Shown here: positions 27,765-38,189 of the stretch, one piece after another
Numbering within the stretch: position 1 is the first letter of the stretch
How the letters are laid out: each line of letters opens with the position of its first letter
Assembly: GCA_049287185.1 (NCBI GenBank)
Contig: JBAQFI010000012.1
Location: forward strand, 166,179 to 230,178
DNA: 64,000 nucleotides
Direction of reading: 5' to 3'
From: Minisyncoccia bacterium
Lineage (GTDB): Bacteria; Patescibacteriota; Minisyncoccia; Phycocordibacterales; GWA1-40-21
Position numbers and translations under genes: made by a program
The notes under the pieces: generated by a model
What the model was told of the DNA's origin: nothing
Databases searched by the model: none
The model's input: the letters and a program-made list of their open reading frames with translations, nothing else

Positions 27765-30077
27765 TTATAATTTTTTAGCCTTAATTCTTAAAGAGTTGGT
27801 GACCACTGAAACACTGGACAATGCCATAGCCATTCCAGCAAAAACCGGATTAAGTAACAAACCAAATATTGGATAGAATAAACCAGCCGCTAATGGTATT
27901 CCCACTACATTATAGGCAAAAGCCCAAAATAAATTTTGCTTTATACCGCGCATAGTGATCTTTGATAATTTAATGGCTTTAACTATTTTAGAAATGTCGC
28001 CACCTAATAGCGTAATGCCAGCCGATTCAATGGCTACATCCGTGCCAGTACCCATAGCAATACCTACATTCGCTTGAGCGAGAGCTGGAGCATCATTAAC
28101 TCCATCCCCGGCCATAGCCACAACTTTCCCTTCCAATTGCAAAGCTTTAATTTTAGCTAACTTGTCTTGTGGTAAAACATGAGCAATCACTTCATCAATG
28201 CCAACTAGTGAAGCAATGTGTCTAGCCGCTTTTTCATCATCACCGGTGACCATGACAACTTTAATCCCAAGTTTATGTAGGTCAGAAACCGCTTGTATGG
28301 ATTCCGCTTTTATTTCGTCAGCCACCATCACAAAACCAAGAACCTTTTCTTTGGTGGCTAAAATTACCGGCGTCTTACCTTGAGCTGTAAATTCTACAAT
28401 CTTCTCAGTATTGAATGGTAAACCTAAATTATTTATAAGCTTAACATTACCAGCATAATATTCCTTACCACTAACTAGGCCTTTGATACCTTGTCCTTGA
28501 ATGCTGTCAAAATTTGAAGCCTCCGCAAATTTAATATTTTTCTCTTGAGCATAATTTATAATAGCCTGAGCCACTGGATGTTCAGATTTCTTTTCTAGTG
28601 AAGCTAAAATTGAAATCAAATCATTATCATTGAGATTAGAATTATTTTGAATATTTACTAAAGTTGGTTTACCAATAGTGATTGTTCCAGTCTTATCAAC
28701 AATAACTACATTAACTTTATGCAATTCTTCCAGTGTAGCTGCATCCTTAATCAGGATCCCCTCTTTAGCACCTTTTCCTACTCCGACTATGATAGCAGTT
28801 GGTGTAGCCAAGCCTAGAGCGCAGGGACAGGCAATGACCAGAACACTAACAAATGAGACTAAACCAAATGACAGAGCTTGAGAAAAACCAAGTGGTGTCG
28901 TAGCAAACAATAACCAACCACCGAGAGACAGAAATGCTATCACCAAAACAATCGGTACAAAAATACTAGAAATTTTGTCGGCTAGAGCCTGAATCGGAGC
29001 CTTACTACCTTGAGCCTCCTCCACCATTTGAATAATATGAGCTAATAGAGTTTCCGAACCAACTTTAGTGGCTTTAAAAACAAATGAACCGGTGGTGTTT
29101 ATAGTCCCAGATACAACTGAATCACCAACTTTTTTCCCAGACGGCATCGGTTCACCAGTCACCATAGATTCATCAATGAAAGATTTTCCTTCAGTAATAA
29201 TTCCATCAACCGGAATTTTAGCACCCGGTTTTACAATAATTAAATCACCATGGACAACATCATTTACTGAAACTTCAATTTCCTTTCCATCTCGTGTGAC
29301 TAAAGCAGTCTTGGCCTGTAAATTTAGAAGTTTTTCAATAGCATCACCAGTTTTTACTTTTGAGCGAGCCTCAAGATATTTACCAAGGGCAATAAAAGTA
29401 ATAACCACAATCGTAATATCATAATAAGTTATATCAACATTAATATACGGTTTAAGTACACCGGAAAAAGCCGTAACGACAAAGCTATAAATAAAAGCAG
29501 TGGTGGTACCAATACCAATCAAAGTATCCATATTGGCTTTGCCATGGCGAAGAAAACGGTAAAAACCAACCAAATATGGTTTACCAACGACTAATAATAT
29601 ATAGGTGGCCATTATTGGTAAGAGATGGTGGAAGAAAAGTTTTAATGTTCCATCCATTTCAGAAATAATATTGTATTGGATTAAAACATCCCAAATCATT
29701 AAGAAAATGCTAAACAAGGCTAAAGGGATGGCTGATATAACCTTTATCTTCAAATCTTTTATCTCAGCTATTTTCTCTTTTTTGGATTGATTTAAGCCTA
29801 AGTGTTCAGCATGTTCACTGGCAGACATTCCCATCTCCTTGGCTGTTGGTTCAGATGACACTAAAGAATAGCCTAGAGGTTCAAGTTTCTTTGATAAATG
29901 TTCATGACTAGTTTTTGTTTCATCAAAAGCAATCTTGGCTTTTTCTGTGCCAAAATTGACAGCTACAGAAGAAACGCCATCAGTTTTTTTGAGGGTTTTT
30001 TCTATTACACTAACACAAGAGGCACAGTGCATACCTTTTACCCTGACATTAATTTCCTTATTGTTGTTAGTAGACAT
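27765..30077 (-). CDS. copA: copper-translocating P1B-type ATPase (HMA domain, [16 protein letters not shown])
   Basis: all hallmark P-type ATPase motifs. Confidence 0.95.
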   Translation of the reverse strand: MSTNNNKEINVRVKGMHCASCVSVIEKTLKKTDGVSSVAVNFGTEKAKIAFDETKTSHEHLSKKLEPLGYSLVSSEPTAKEMGMSASEHAEHLGLNQSKKEKIAEIKDLKIKVISAIPLALFSIFLMIWDVLIQYNIISEMDGTLKLFFHHLLPIMATYILLVVGKPYLVGFYRFLRHGKANMDTLIGIGTTTAFIYSFVVTAFSGVLKPYINVDITYYDITIVVITFIALGKYLEARSKVKTGDAIEKLLNLQAKTALVTRDGKEIEVSVNDVVHGDLIIVKPGAKIPVDGIITEGKSFIDESMVTGEPMPSGKKVGDSVVSGTINTTGSFVFKATKVGSETLLAHIIQMVEEAQGSKAPIQALADKISSIFVPIVLVIAFLSLGGWLLFATTPLGFSQALSFGLVSFVSVLVIACPCALGLATPTAIIVGVGKGAKEGILIKDAATLEELHKVNVVIVDKTGTITIGKPTLVNIQNNSNLNDNDLISILASLEKKSEHPVAQAIINYAQEKNIKFAEASNFDSIQGQGIKGLVSGKEYYAGNVKLINNLGLPFNTEKIVEFTAQGKTPVILATKEKVLGFVMVADEIKAESIQAVSDLHKLGIKVVMVTGDDEKAARHIASLVGIDEVIAHVLPQDKLAKIKALQLEGKVVAMAGDGVNDAPALAQANVGIAMGTGTDVAIESAGITLLGGDISKIVKAIKLSKITMRGIKQNLFWAFAYNVVGIPLAAGLFYPIFGLLLNPVFAGMAMALSSVSVVTNSLRIKAKKL

Positions 30078-30080
30078 AAA

Positions 30081-30344
30081 TTACTTACGCTTAAGCTTAT
30101 AAACTTTTAATATCTCGGCTGTTGCCTTTTCAGTTTTTCCACTCTTAATTTGATCTACCAAGCAAGAACCTAGATGATTCTCTAATAGAATATCCTCCAC
30201 ATTAGAAAGTCCCTGCTTCACAGCCGAAATTTGGTTAATAACATTAATACAATAAATATCTTTTTCAATAAGATTTTGAATACCTCTGACCTGACCTTCA
30301 ATTATTTTTAATCTCTGGATCAATTTTGTCTTGTTTTTTTGCAT
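30081..30344 (-). CDS. csoR: CsoR/RcnR-family copper-sensing repressor (Cys...His...Cys ligand set YC...H..C)
   Basis: DUF156 size and ligand pattern; cognate operator upstream. Confidence 0.8.
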   Translation of the reverse strand: MQKNKTKLIQRLKIIEGQVRGIQNLIEKDIYCINVINQISAVKQGLSNVEDILLENHLGSCLVDQIKSGKTEKATAEILKVYKLKRK

Positions 30345-30350
30345 ATGCTT

Positions 30351-30378
30351 ATTATATACCCCCCTGGGGGTATGTCAA
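30351..30378 (-). promoter_or_regulatory. csoR-cop promoter TTGACA-N15-TATAAT with CsoR operator ATACCCCC-CT-GGGGGTAT (30356-30373) in the spacer; -10 ends 6 nt before the ATG (leaderless-like)
   Basis: perfect 8 bp inverted GC-tract half-sites similar to B. subtilis copZA operator; -35 overlaps first bases of MITE-B. Confidence 0.7.
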
Positions 30379-30518
30379 CCCCGTTGTGAGGTTTGGCATC
30401 GTTTTTGAAATTGTGTTTAGTTATCTGTTTTATTATGTATTTGCAAAACAGACCCTAGTATTAAACTAGAGTATGCTTAGACAAAAACAATTTTAATGCC
30501 AAATTCTACAACCGGGTC
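30376..30518. repeat. MITE-like element family B copy 2
   Basis: shares TIRs and about 80 percent of internal sequence with 669-843. Confidence 0.6.
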
Positions 30519-30608
30519 AAGCATTTATTCAAATTGACAAGCATGGGGTGATTTTGTATAAGTAAAGATAGATAAATAGTTCTACTAAAACAAACAAAAG
30601 GAGACAAT

Positions 30609-31391
30609 ATGAAATGGCCAGAGTTGATGTTACTAATTCGGCACGATACGTCGGCCTACAACGTTCTTAAGAATATGAAAAAGAACTGTCCGGTGTATCA
30701 AAAATTCCTGTATGAATTCGAAAATGATCCGACTTCTGAGGTTACCATTGCCTTGGCAAAAGAGGTTCAAAAAAAATGGACTCTAGGTACTGGTGACGCT
30801 GATACAGCTCTGATTGATAGCGAGGCTAAAAAAGCTGAAGAAGTTGGTCGAGCACTAAGATGTGAATATGACGGTAAAATTCCTCACATCATTTTTGTCT
30901 CACCTTACAGGAGAACAAGACTAACTCTCGAGGGTTTGAAACGGGGTTGGCCAGAGCTCAATGAGGTGAAAACAATTGAGGAAGAACGAATACGAGAGCA
31001 AGGACATGGCTTGTCACTTATTTACAGTGACTGGCGAGTATTTCACACACTACATCCAGACCAAAGAATTCTTTTTGGATTGGAGGGTCCCTACTGGTAC
31101 TGTTACCCGCAGGGAGAAAATGTTCCTCTAGTGCGTGAATGAAACCGCTCTTTCATGACCACGGTTGTTCGTGACTTTCCAGAAAAATTTGTTTTCTGTG
31201 TCAGTCACCACTTAGACATACTAAGTATCAGAGCTAACCTCGAACGCTGGAGTGCCGAACAATTCATCAAAGTTGATAATGAGGATAAGCCTATCAACTG
31301 TGGTGTCACGGCCTATTGTGGAAATCCGAAGAAAGGTAAAGAAGGAAGATTTGAGCTTCAGTACTACAATCGGAAATTCTATAAGGATTAG
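30609..31391 (+). pseudogene. histidine-phosphatase (PGM/SixA branch) gene interrupted by a single in-frame TGA at 31140-31142; N-half has RH(D) motif, C-half has VSHH motif; GC-richer than surroundings
   Basis: ORFs 30609-31142 and 31155-31391 are in the same frame separated by one TGA. Confidence 0.5.
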
Positions 31392-31458
31392 AAACACAAA
31401 ACCAACCGCCAGAATGTGAAAGCTTCTGGCGGTTTTTAATTTTCAATTTAACTGTATA

Positions 31459-31486
31459 TTGACAAAATCAATAATATGTGTATAAT
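31459..31486 (+). promoter_or_regulatory. consensus sigma70 promoter TTGACA-N16-TATAAT upstream of membrane protein gene
   Basis: perfect hexamers. Confidence 0.6.
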
Positions 31487-31532
31487 ATAGCAAGAATTAA
31501 GTAGTTTCAATTAAAAAAAGGAGATTTGTACT

Positions 31533-31946
31533 ATGTACAACAGAGTCAAAACAAACGTCGTGAATGTCTTTGCAATGATAATCGGTCTCACCTTCACCTG
31601 TATCATCCTGTCGTGGATTGCTGGAGGCTTCGAAAGTGATATTGGCTATGTTTCCCTGAGTGCTATCTTTCTCTCGTTCACCTCGATCATGATACAGGGT
31701 ATTGGTGCCACGAGAAGGATATATCTTCAGACCTCAATCCTGACTCAAATGTTCAAGGATTCGACACTGATTACATCGACGGCCTTGATGTTAACGTGGG
31801 TCTGGGGATATACACTGATGCACTGGACAATGCTTTCACTACTGAACGCCATTATTGTTTACCTTATCACCCAAATTCTTTTTGTCTATTTCATAAAAAG
31901 AACTACAGTGACGACTGAGAGAATAATACGACAGAAAGTGAGGTAG
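31533..31946 (+). CDS. hypothetical 4-TM membrane protein
   Basis: AAGGAG RBS; hydrophobic segments. Confidence 0.5.
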   Translation: MYNRVKTNVVNVFAMIIGLTFTCIILSWIAGGFESDIGYVSLSAIFLSFTSIMIQGIGATRRIYLQTSILTQMFKDSTLITSTALMLTWVWGYTLMHWTMLSLLNAIIVYLITQILFVYFIKRTTVTTERIIRQKVR

Positions 31947-31954
31947 AGGAACAA

Positions 31955-32003
31955 CTCCACAAATTTAAAACTCCACAGTTTTAAATTTGTGGAGTTTTAA
32001 TTT
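31955..32003. terminator. bidirectional terminator, 18 bp perfect stem ctccacaaatttaaaact/agttttaaatttgtggag
   Basis: seen directly. Confidence 0.7.
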
Positions 32004-32009
32004 ATAAGA

Positions 32010-33305
32010 CTATCTCTTCTTCCATTCTTCTTCTTGTCGAACCAACAACTCTCCCGCTCTCTCTGGTTCAGCCATAATTTCTTCCACACATCGTTCCATT
32101 CGCATTGACTGTGAGCCTTTTACCAAAATCACATCGTTCTTCTTAATTAAATTTTGTAAATATCGTCCAGCTTCTTCAGATTTTTCAAACTGAAAGATAT
32201 CTTTATCCTCTAGACCGTATGACAAGGCCATTTCTGCTGTTGCTCTAGTCCGCAAACCAACAGTTACCAAAATATCACAAACATCCCCCACCCTTTTTCC
32301 AAGATTTTCGTGTTCCTCTGACGAATGTTTTCCAAGCTCTAACATATCACCCAAAACTGCAATTCGACGTCCGGCTCGTCCTAATTTTATTTTTTTCAAT
32401 GTATCAATAGCAGAAAGTGCCGCCACTGGTGAAGAATTATAGGTATCGTCAATTATTAAGGTATCTTTAATACCTGGGATTAATTTCATCCGTCCCAGTG
32501 GAGAATCATAAACCAATATTCCCTGCGATACTTGAACAAGATTCAAATCACAGGCCACGCCAACAGTCGCAGCAGCCAAAGTGGCATAGATAACTTGGTC
32601 ACCAACAGTATTTTTTATAATTATTGGTACACTGTTACCAAAATAGTCAGCTTTGAATTGCATGCCAATAAGTTTTTTATCCTCATAATATAAATCAGAA
32701 AAAGTACCACGAACCTGAGCTTCAGACTCAATTCCGTAGGTAATTGTCTTATAGTCATTTTTGTTAATGAATGACATGGCGTCAGAATCATCAGCGTTGA
32801 CAATTAATGTTCCATCATGTTTCATCGCCTCAACAAGGTAACCCTTCTCCTTAATTATCTCCTCACGATTTTTAAAAAATTCTATATGAACCGGTGTTTT
32901 AGCAAATTTTGTTAAGACCACTATATCTGGTTTCAACCATTTTGTTACAGATTTAATGTCACCGGGATGATCAGCACCAACTTCCAAAACTAGCCAGTCT
33001 GGATAATTTTCTCGGTGGATAATGTAACTTAAACCATGAAAAATATTTTTAATCCACAAAAACGGGTTGTTCCAGGCATTTTGACATCCCAAGATTGTTA
33101 AAGGAATACCTATTTCACTATTGAAACTTTTTTCACTACGACGAACAATATATTTTTGTGATAAGACAGAATGAATAGCATCCTTAGTAGTAGTTTTGCC
33201 AACACTGCCTGTGACTGCGACAATTTTAGGTTTATATTTTTTTAAAACCAAGGCCGCCTCATATGAAAGTATAGCCGTTATTAACTTTTTAAAGAAAAAT
33301 TTCAT
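32010..33305 (-). CDS. murF: UDP-N-acetylmuramoyl-tripeptide--D-alanyl-D-alanine ligase (Mur ligase, GSVGKTTTK P-loop); start set at MKFFF to avoid overlap
   Basis: Mur ligase central domain motifs; dcw cluster context. Confidence 0.75.
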   Translation of the reverse strand: MKFFFKKLITAILSYEAALVLKKYKPKIVAVTGSVGKTTTKDAIHSVLSQKYIVRRSEKSFNSEIGIPLTILGCQNAWNNPFLWIKNIFHGLSYIIHRENYPDWLVLEVGADHPGDIKSVTKWLKPDIVVLTKFAKTPVHIEFFKNREEIIKEKGYLVEAMKHDGTLIVNADDSDAMSFINKNDYKTITYGIESEAQVRGTFSDLYYEDKKLIGMQFKADYFGNSVPIIIKNTVGDQVIYATLAAATVGVACDLNLVQVSQGILVYDSPLGRMKLIPGIKDTLIIDDTYNSSPVAALSAIDTLKKIKLGRAGRRIAVLGDMLELGKHSSEEHENLGKRVGDVCDILVTVGLRTRATAEMALSYGLEDKDIFQFEKSEEAGRYLQNLIKKNDVILVKGSQSMRMERCVEEIMAEPERAGELLVRQEEEWKKR

Positions 33306-33306
33306 A

Positions 33307-33600
33307 CTATCTATTAATATTAGGGCAAACAAATTGACAATTTGGTCCAGTTCTCTTAACTGATGTACCATCAGAGCATTTAAAAATATCACTATTGCAG
33401 GTCTTTGTTTGGTTAGTGTTTTTTACAGACGGATTCTCATTTAAAATTGGAGAAGGAATGATTTTAATTATCCCATTACTTGGTACCTTTGACTTGTTTG
33501 GATTTAATGAATTAGAGACTATTTCAACTACCGCAATTAGTACAAAATAAACAACAATTATAGCAATGAAGACAACTAATATTTTTTTAAATAATTCCAT
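33307..33600 (-). CDS. small membrane-anchored Cys-containing protein within dcw cluster
   Basis: ORF and TM prediction. Confidence 0.35.
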   Translation of the reverse strand: MELFKKILVVFIAIIVVYFVLIAVVEIVSNSLNPNKSKVPSNGIIKIIPSPILNENPSVKNTNQTKTCNSDIFKCSDGTSVKRTGPNCQFVCPNINR

Positions 33601-33616
33601 AATTTTATTTAGTTAA

Positions 33617-35308
33617 TTAACGATCTGGTGGTATTTGATAATAATTTATTAAAAAGTCCGCTAAATTCATGAATGGCTTAGTAAAAGTCTCAGAAGCATA
33701 ATTTACACCTTTTGGATCTACAGCATACAAAAGAATAAGAAATTGGGGGTCATAGGCCGGAAAATAACCAAAAAATGAGTGCAAATACCTGTCTTTATAA
33801 TAACCGCCACCGTCAGGATTAGCAAGCTGAGCTGTACCGGTTTTAGCAGCAATACTATATCTATCATGACGGTATGTTCCTCCACGGAGAGCCTTATCTA
33901 CTACTGTCACTAGCATTCTAGTTATTTCTTCAGAAGTCTCTTTTTTAATTACCTGTTGACCTGGGGTAACCTCAATTTTCTTTGTCACTCCGATGTCATA
34001 ATTTATTTGTTTAACTAAATGTGGTGTCACGAGGTATCCTCCATTACCAAGAACTGCTAATGCTCGAATAGTTTGAATAGGTGTTAGGGTTATTCCTTGG
34101 CCAAATGATGAGGTTATATATTCAACGTCTCTAGTGGAATTTAGATTTCTAATATCACCTGAAATTTCGTCTGGCAGATCAATACCTGTTTTTTCTCCAA
34201 AACCAAACTTAATTAAATAATCGGCAAAAACTTTGTTTCCAAGTTTATCTACTACAAAAGCCATACCGGTATTTAGTGATTGATTTAAAACTTCCTGCAT
34301 TGGTACAACACCTCTAGCTTTTTTATCGTAGTTATATATTGTGGCGATGCCGGATTTTATAAAACCTTTGTCATTGTAGGTGGTTTTAGCCGTTACGACT
34401 CCAGCATCTAATCCACTAGCCATGGTAATAGCTTTAACAATCGAACCCATTTCAAATCGACTTTTTATAATCGGATTTGGAAAGGTACTCATTTTTTCTT
34501 TACCATAATCATTGGGATTAAAGGTTGGCCAGGCCCCTAAGGCATATATTTCTCCTGTCTTGGGACTCATAATTATTCCACCCATGCTTTGTGGAGAATA
34601 TTCGGCGTACACTTTATCAAATTCATTTTCTAATGTTTTTTCAACTTCTGGCTCAATTGTAGTGACAATGTCACCTTCTAGACTCTCTTCAGGGTTGAAG
34701 GCTTTATTCAGCGTCGAAAATATCTCAGCAAAAAAATTATTATAAGTGTCCTTACTATTACGAGTCAAAACATTGTCATATGATGTTTCCAAACCATAAC
34801 CACGACTTTTACCATCGACACCAACCATACCTAGCGTCTGGGAAGCCAAAGTATTATTAGGATAATAACGCCAACGTTCCTTAATCACGACCACCCCTTT
34901 AATATTTTTTTCTGAAATTTCCATTGCTTTAAACTCCTCTATTTGAGTTGCTATTTCTTCATAGGGATCATCTTTTTTACTAGCTCGTGAAAAAAATTTT
35001 TCTGAATCAATGTCAATAGTTTTGGATAAATTATCGTAGGTTTCTTTTACATCTGATATTTTGTTTGGAGTGATTGCAATAATATAACCAGTTTTCAAAT
35101 TTGCAGCCGACAATAATGTATTATCTTTATTTGAGAAAAAAATAGTACCGCGATCAAATAAACCATTTTGACTAGTATACTGTCTTTCGGCTTTTTCAAT
35201 AAATTTATCATTATTTACAATCTGCAAAAAATATAGTCGCACTATAAATGACAGTGCGACTACAATAATAATTATTGAAATTAATCTGATACGTGAGTGT
35301 AAAATCAT
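33617..35308 (-). CDS. ftsI: penicillin-binding transpeptidase FtsI/PBP3-like (SxxK SIVK, SxN, KTG)
   Basis: transpeptidase motifs, dcw context. Confidence 0.85.
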   Translation of the reverse strand: MILHSRIRLISIIIIVVALSFIVRLYFLQIVNNDKFIEKAERQYTSQNGLFDRGTIFFSNKDNTLLSAANLKTGYIIAITPNKISDVKETYDNLSKTIDIDSEKFFSRASKKDDPYEEIATQIEEFKAMEISEKNIKGVVVIKERWRYYPNNTLASQTLGMVGVDGKSRGYGLETSYDNVLTRNSKDTYNNFFAEIFSTLNKAFNPEESLEGDIVTTIEPEVEKTLENEFDKVYAEYSPQSMGGIIMSPKTGEIYALGAWPTFNPNDYGKEKMSTFPNPIIKSRFEMGSIVKAITMASGLDAGVVTAKTTYNDKGFIKSGIATIYNYDKKARGVVPMQEVLNQSLNTGMAFVVDKLGNKVFADYLIKFGFGEKTGIDLPDEISGDIRNLNSTRDVEYITSSFGQGITLTPIQTIRALAVLGNGGYLVTPHLVKQINYDIGVTKKIEVTPGQQVIKKETSEEITRMLVTVVDKALRGGTYRHDRYSIAAKTGTAQLANPDGGGYYKDRYLHSFFGYFPAYDPQFLILLYAVDPKGVNYASETFTKPFMNLADFLINYYQIPPDR

Positions 35309-35334
35309 ATTGAAAAACTATAAGGCTCTTTGAT

Positions 35335-35670
35335 TTAGCGAGTATTCAAGGTTAAAGCAGTTGATGCTTCTGACAAGGATATATATCTTGTTTTGTTTTC
35401 GGAAGCAGACACAAAACCCTGACTTTTTACATATTCTTCATTAACTGAATTTCTTAAGGCTAAATACTGTGTTTCAAGAGAATGAACAGCATTGTTAGTA
35501 ATTTCAAATTGTCTTGAAATTTCCTGTCTTTCAACCCCTCCTAAAAATGCACTGCCCAGAAAAAACATATAGGTTGAAAAGCAAATAGCAATACAACAGA
35601 TTAGTGTAGCAAAAAAAACGTTGCTATTGGTTTCCAGAATATTTATTTTATTTTCTATTATTTTAGTCAT
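35335..35670 (-). CDS. ftsL: cell division protein FtsL-like (single TM plus coiled coil)
   Basis: position between rsmH and ftsI, architecture. Confidence 0.55.
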   Translation of the reverse strand: MTKIIENKINILETNSNVFFATLICCIAICFSTYMFFLGSAFLGGVERQEISRQFEITNNAVHSLETQYLALRNSVNEEYVKSQGFVSASENKTRYISLSEASTALTLNTR

Positions 35671-35671
35671 A

Positions 35672-36571
35672 TTATTTTGATATTTTCTCTAAAATTCTGA
35701 GTTTAGCGCTACGAGAACGAGGATTTTCTCTTAATTCTTCCTCACTGGGAGTTAATGGTTTCTTGGTAATAATTTTCCCCGTACCCTCTTTCTGCTTATC
35801 CTTATAAAAATTCTTTACAAAACGATCCTCTAAGCTATGAAATGAAATTACTGCTAGTCTTCCCTTATCATTCAGTAATTCAAATCCGTCTTCTAGACCT
35901 TGCTTGAGTGAACCTAGTTCATCATTAACAGCAATACGTAGAGCTTGAAAGGTTTTGGTGGCAAAATGTTTCTTCCCGTGTCGATAAGCAGCTGGAACAG
36001 CTTGAGCAATAATGTTTACCAAATCGGTAGTAGTTTTAATTTTTCTATTTTTTCTTTCTTCAACAATTACCCTAGCAATTCTTTTGGCATATCTCTCATC
36101 AGCAAATCCATAAATAATGTCGGCAATCGTTTCTTCTGACCATTCATTTATTATTATTTCCGCAGTTACACTATTGTTTTCTCCATTCTCAGAAAAGGTC
36201 ATAAGGAGTGGTTCATCTTTTTGAAAAGAAAAGCCTCGATTTGATTCTTCTAATTGGTTTGAACTTAACCCGAGATCAAGTAGCATTGCATCAATTCTAG
36301 AAAGATTTTTTTCCGCTAATACATTTTTAATATCTCGATAATTTGATATAACAGGATTGAAATCACATTTTAAATCCTTAATTCGAGCACCAGTACGAGC
36401 AGCTGCGGCAACATCCCGATCAGTGGCAATAATTTTTATTTCCTGACCAAATCTTTTACAGACTTCTTCACTGTGTCCCCCACCACCGAGCGTACCATCA
36501 AAGAAAACCATTCCTTTTTTTAGATTTAAACCATCAATCGCTTCTTTTAAAAGAACAGTTTTGTGAATCAT
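35672..36571 (-). CDS. rsmH: 16S rRNA (cytosine1402-N4)-methyltransferase RsmH/MraW
   Basis: FDGTLGGGGHS SAM motif. Confidence 0.95.
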   Translation of the reverse strand: MIHKTVLLKEAIDGLNLKKGMVFFDGTLGGGGHSEEVCKRFGQEIKIIATDRDVAAAARTGARIKDLKCDFNPVISNYRDIKNVLAEKNLSRIDAMLLDLGLSSNQLEESNRGFSFQKDEPLLMTFSENGENNSVTAEIIINEWSEETIADIIYGFADERYAKRIARVIVEERKNRKIKTTTDLVNIIAQAVPAAYRHGKKHFATKTFQALRIAVNDELGSLKQGLEDGFELLNDKGRLAVISFHSLEDRFVKNFYKDKQKEGTGKIITKKPLTPSEEELRENPRSRSAKLRILEKISK

Positions 36572-36580
36572 AGGAGTGAA

Positions 36581-37015
36581 TTAGAGGATACCGACTGACC
36601 CTAGTTTTTCTGCCAAACTATCAGCTTGTTTTTCGACGACCTTTTTATATTCTGACCAACTAGTTTCATTCCAAACTTCAATACGATCTTGAACACCGAT
36701 AATAGCTACTTTGTCTTTAAGATTGGCGCGACCAGTTAAAAATTCTGGTAAGAGAATGCGACCAATAGTGTCAACATCAATTTCTACAGCTCCACCAAAC
36801 ATGAAGCGGTTGAAACTACGGTTGTCAGCTTGAAGCATTGAGGAACCAGAAAGTTTTTCAGAAATTTTCTCCCATTGTTTTAAGGTAAAAATAAATAAAC
36901 AACCATCGAGTCCGGGAGTGACGACAATTTTTTTACCTAATTCTTTACGAAATTTCACAGGTAATGAAACTCTTTTTTTGTCATCTATGATGTGTGTATA
37001 TTCGCCAATTAACAT
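36581..37015 (-). CDS. mraZ: transcriptional regulator MraZ
   Basis: tandem DxxxR-like MraZ repeats (DDKKRVSLP / DRIEVW region). Confidence 0.9.
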   Translation of the reverse strand: MLIGEYTHIIDDKKRVSLPVKFRKELGKKIVVTPGLDGCLFIFTLKQWEKISEKLSGSSMLQADNRSFNRFMFGGAVEIDVDTIGRILLPEFLTGRANLKDKVAIIGVQDRIEVWNETSWSEYKKVVEKQADSLAEKLGSVGIL

Positions 37016-37044
37016 ATAAGTATTTTGAGAGGAAAAAGTGATTT

Positions 37045-37090
37045 ACCACTCTGTCCCACTTCATATATATTATATAGCACTTCATCCCAC
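37045..37090 (-). promoter_or_regulatory. mraZ promoter region: TATAAT -10 (rc of 37069-37074) flanked by GTGGG/GTGGT direct repeats (putative MraZ boxes, 10 bp spacing)
   Basis: GTGGG repeats rc of cccac at 37055 and 37086, GTGGT at 37045. Confidence 0.4.
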
Positions 37091-37259
37091 ATTACAAAGA
37101 AGTTATCCACAACTCACCACCTAACCAATGCCAAAATAACCTTATTTTATAAGGATATTTTGCTAAAATAAAAAAGAAAATAAAAAATATATCTTTTCAC
37201 CAAAAAAGTATACTTTTATTACTAAAGCCAGAAAGAGATGGTTTTCAACTTAAAATTAT

Positions 37260-38189
37260 TTACCTAAAAAACATTAGACCGTTTGAGATTTCTAAATCCA
37301 AAATTAAACCGCCTTGACTGGTAAAAGAAAAACCTGAAACATCATTTAACATTTGAACAAATTCAGATTCTTGTGAACCCTCACAGTACATAAGTGTCGA
37401 CATCATCTTAGAAAAAAATATTTTATTCTCATTTACAAGGTAACTTCCACCAATAGTATTACAGTCTGTTCGCGCGGAAAACGTACCATCGTTTTTGAAA
37501 ATGATTGAAAAAGCATTTATTCTTTTTGGTGAAACAATAACATCATCATTAAATTGAGTCTGAATCCAATCCCAAGTTTTCATACCTAAACTCATTTTGC
37601 TAGTATCGGCTTCACCTTCAAAATCCTTTACCCACTCACCTATCTCACCAGTCTTTAAATCAAAGTTAATCCATAAACTTTTTCCAATAGAAGGTCGCGC
37701 ACTAAAATCTTCTCCAATTTTACGCACGGCATAATTATACAGCGCCCGTCCATCATGAATTTCCACCGTCTGCGGAGCTATCCGATCACCGAGGAGTAAA
37801 GAATTGGTCGCTTTATAAATGCCTTTGTTATTAATAGCTAGAACTGCATAATAAAAAGTACCACTGCCACCAGGCTCATTTTGAAGCAAAACTGCAGCGT
37901 CTTTTTGCCCATCATTATTAAGATCTCCGTAAACTGGTTCACCAAAAATTCTCAAGGTTTTTTTTGTAGCACTGCTTGGAGTAATATCGTTCTCTGCTTT
38001 ACCGTTTATTAAAGTAAAATTTTCACCACTAACATTATAGGTCATGTTTAATGGATCATTTATATTTATTGAAATAACAGGATTACCTTTATTAAAAAGT
38101 GAGTCATAAATGCCAGTAATTATACCGGCAAGAATGAGAATTAAAAATATTAGTCCAAGAACAATTAAAATTATTTTAGTTATTTTCAT
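37260..38189 (-). CDS. membrane-anchored protein with C-terminal META/HslJ-like domain (C..GG.Y ... M.C)
   Basis: DUF306-like motif. Confidence 0.55.
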   Translation of the reverse strand: MKITKIILIVLGLIFLILILAGIITGIYDSLFNKGNPVISININDPLNMTYNVSGENFTLINGKAENDITPSSATKKTLRIFGEPVYGDLNNDGQKDAAVLLQNEPGGSGTFYYAVLAINNKGIYKATNSLLLGDRIAPQTVEIHDGRALYNYAVRKIGEDFSARPSIGKSLWINFDLKTGEIGEWVKDFEGEADTSKMSLGMKTWDWIQTQFNDDVIVSPKRINAFSIIFKNDGTFSARTDCNTIGGSYLVNENKIFFSKMMSTLMYCEGSQESEFVQMLNDVSGFSFTSQGGLILDLEISNGLMFFR

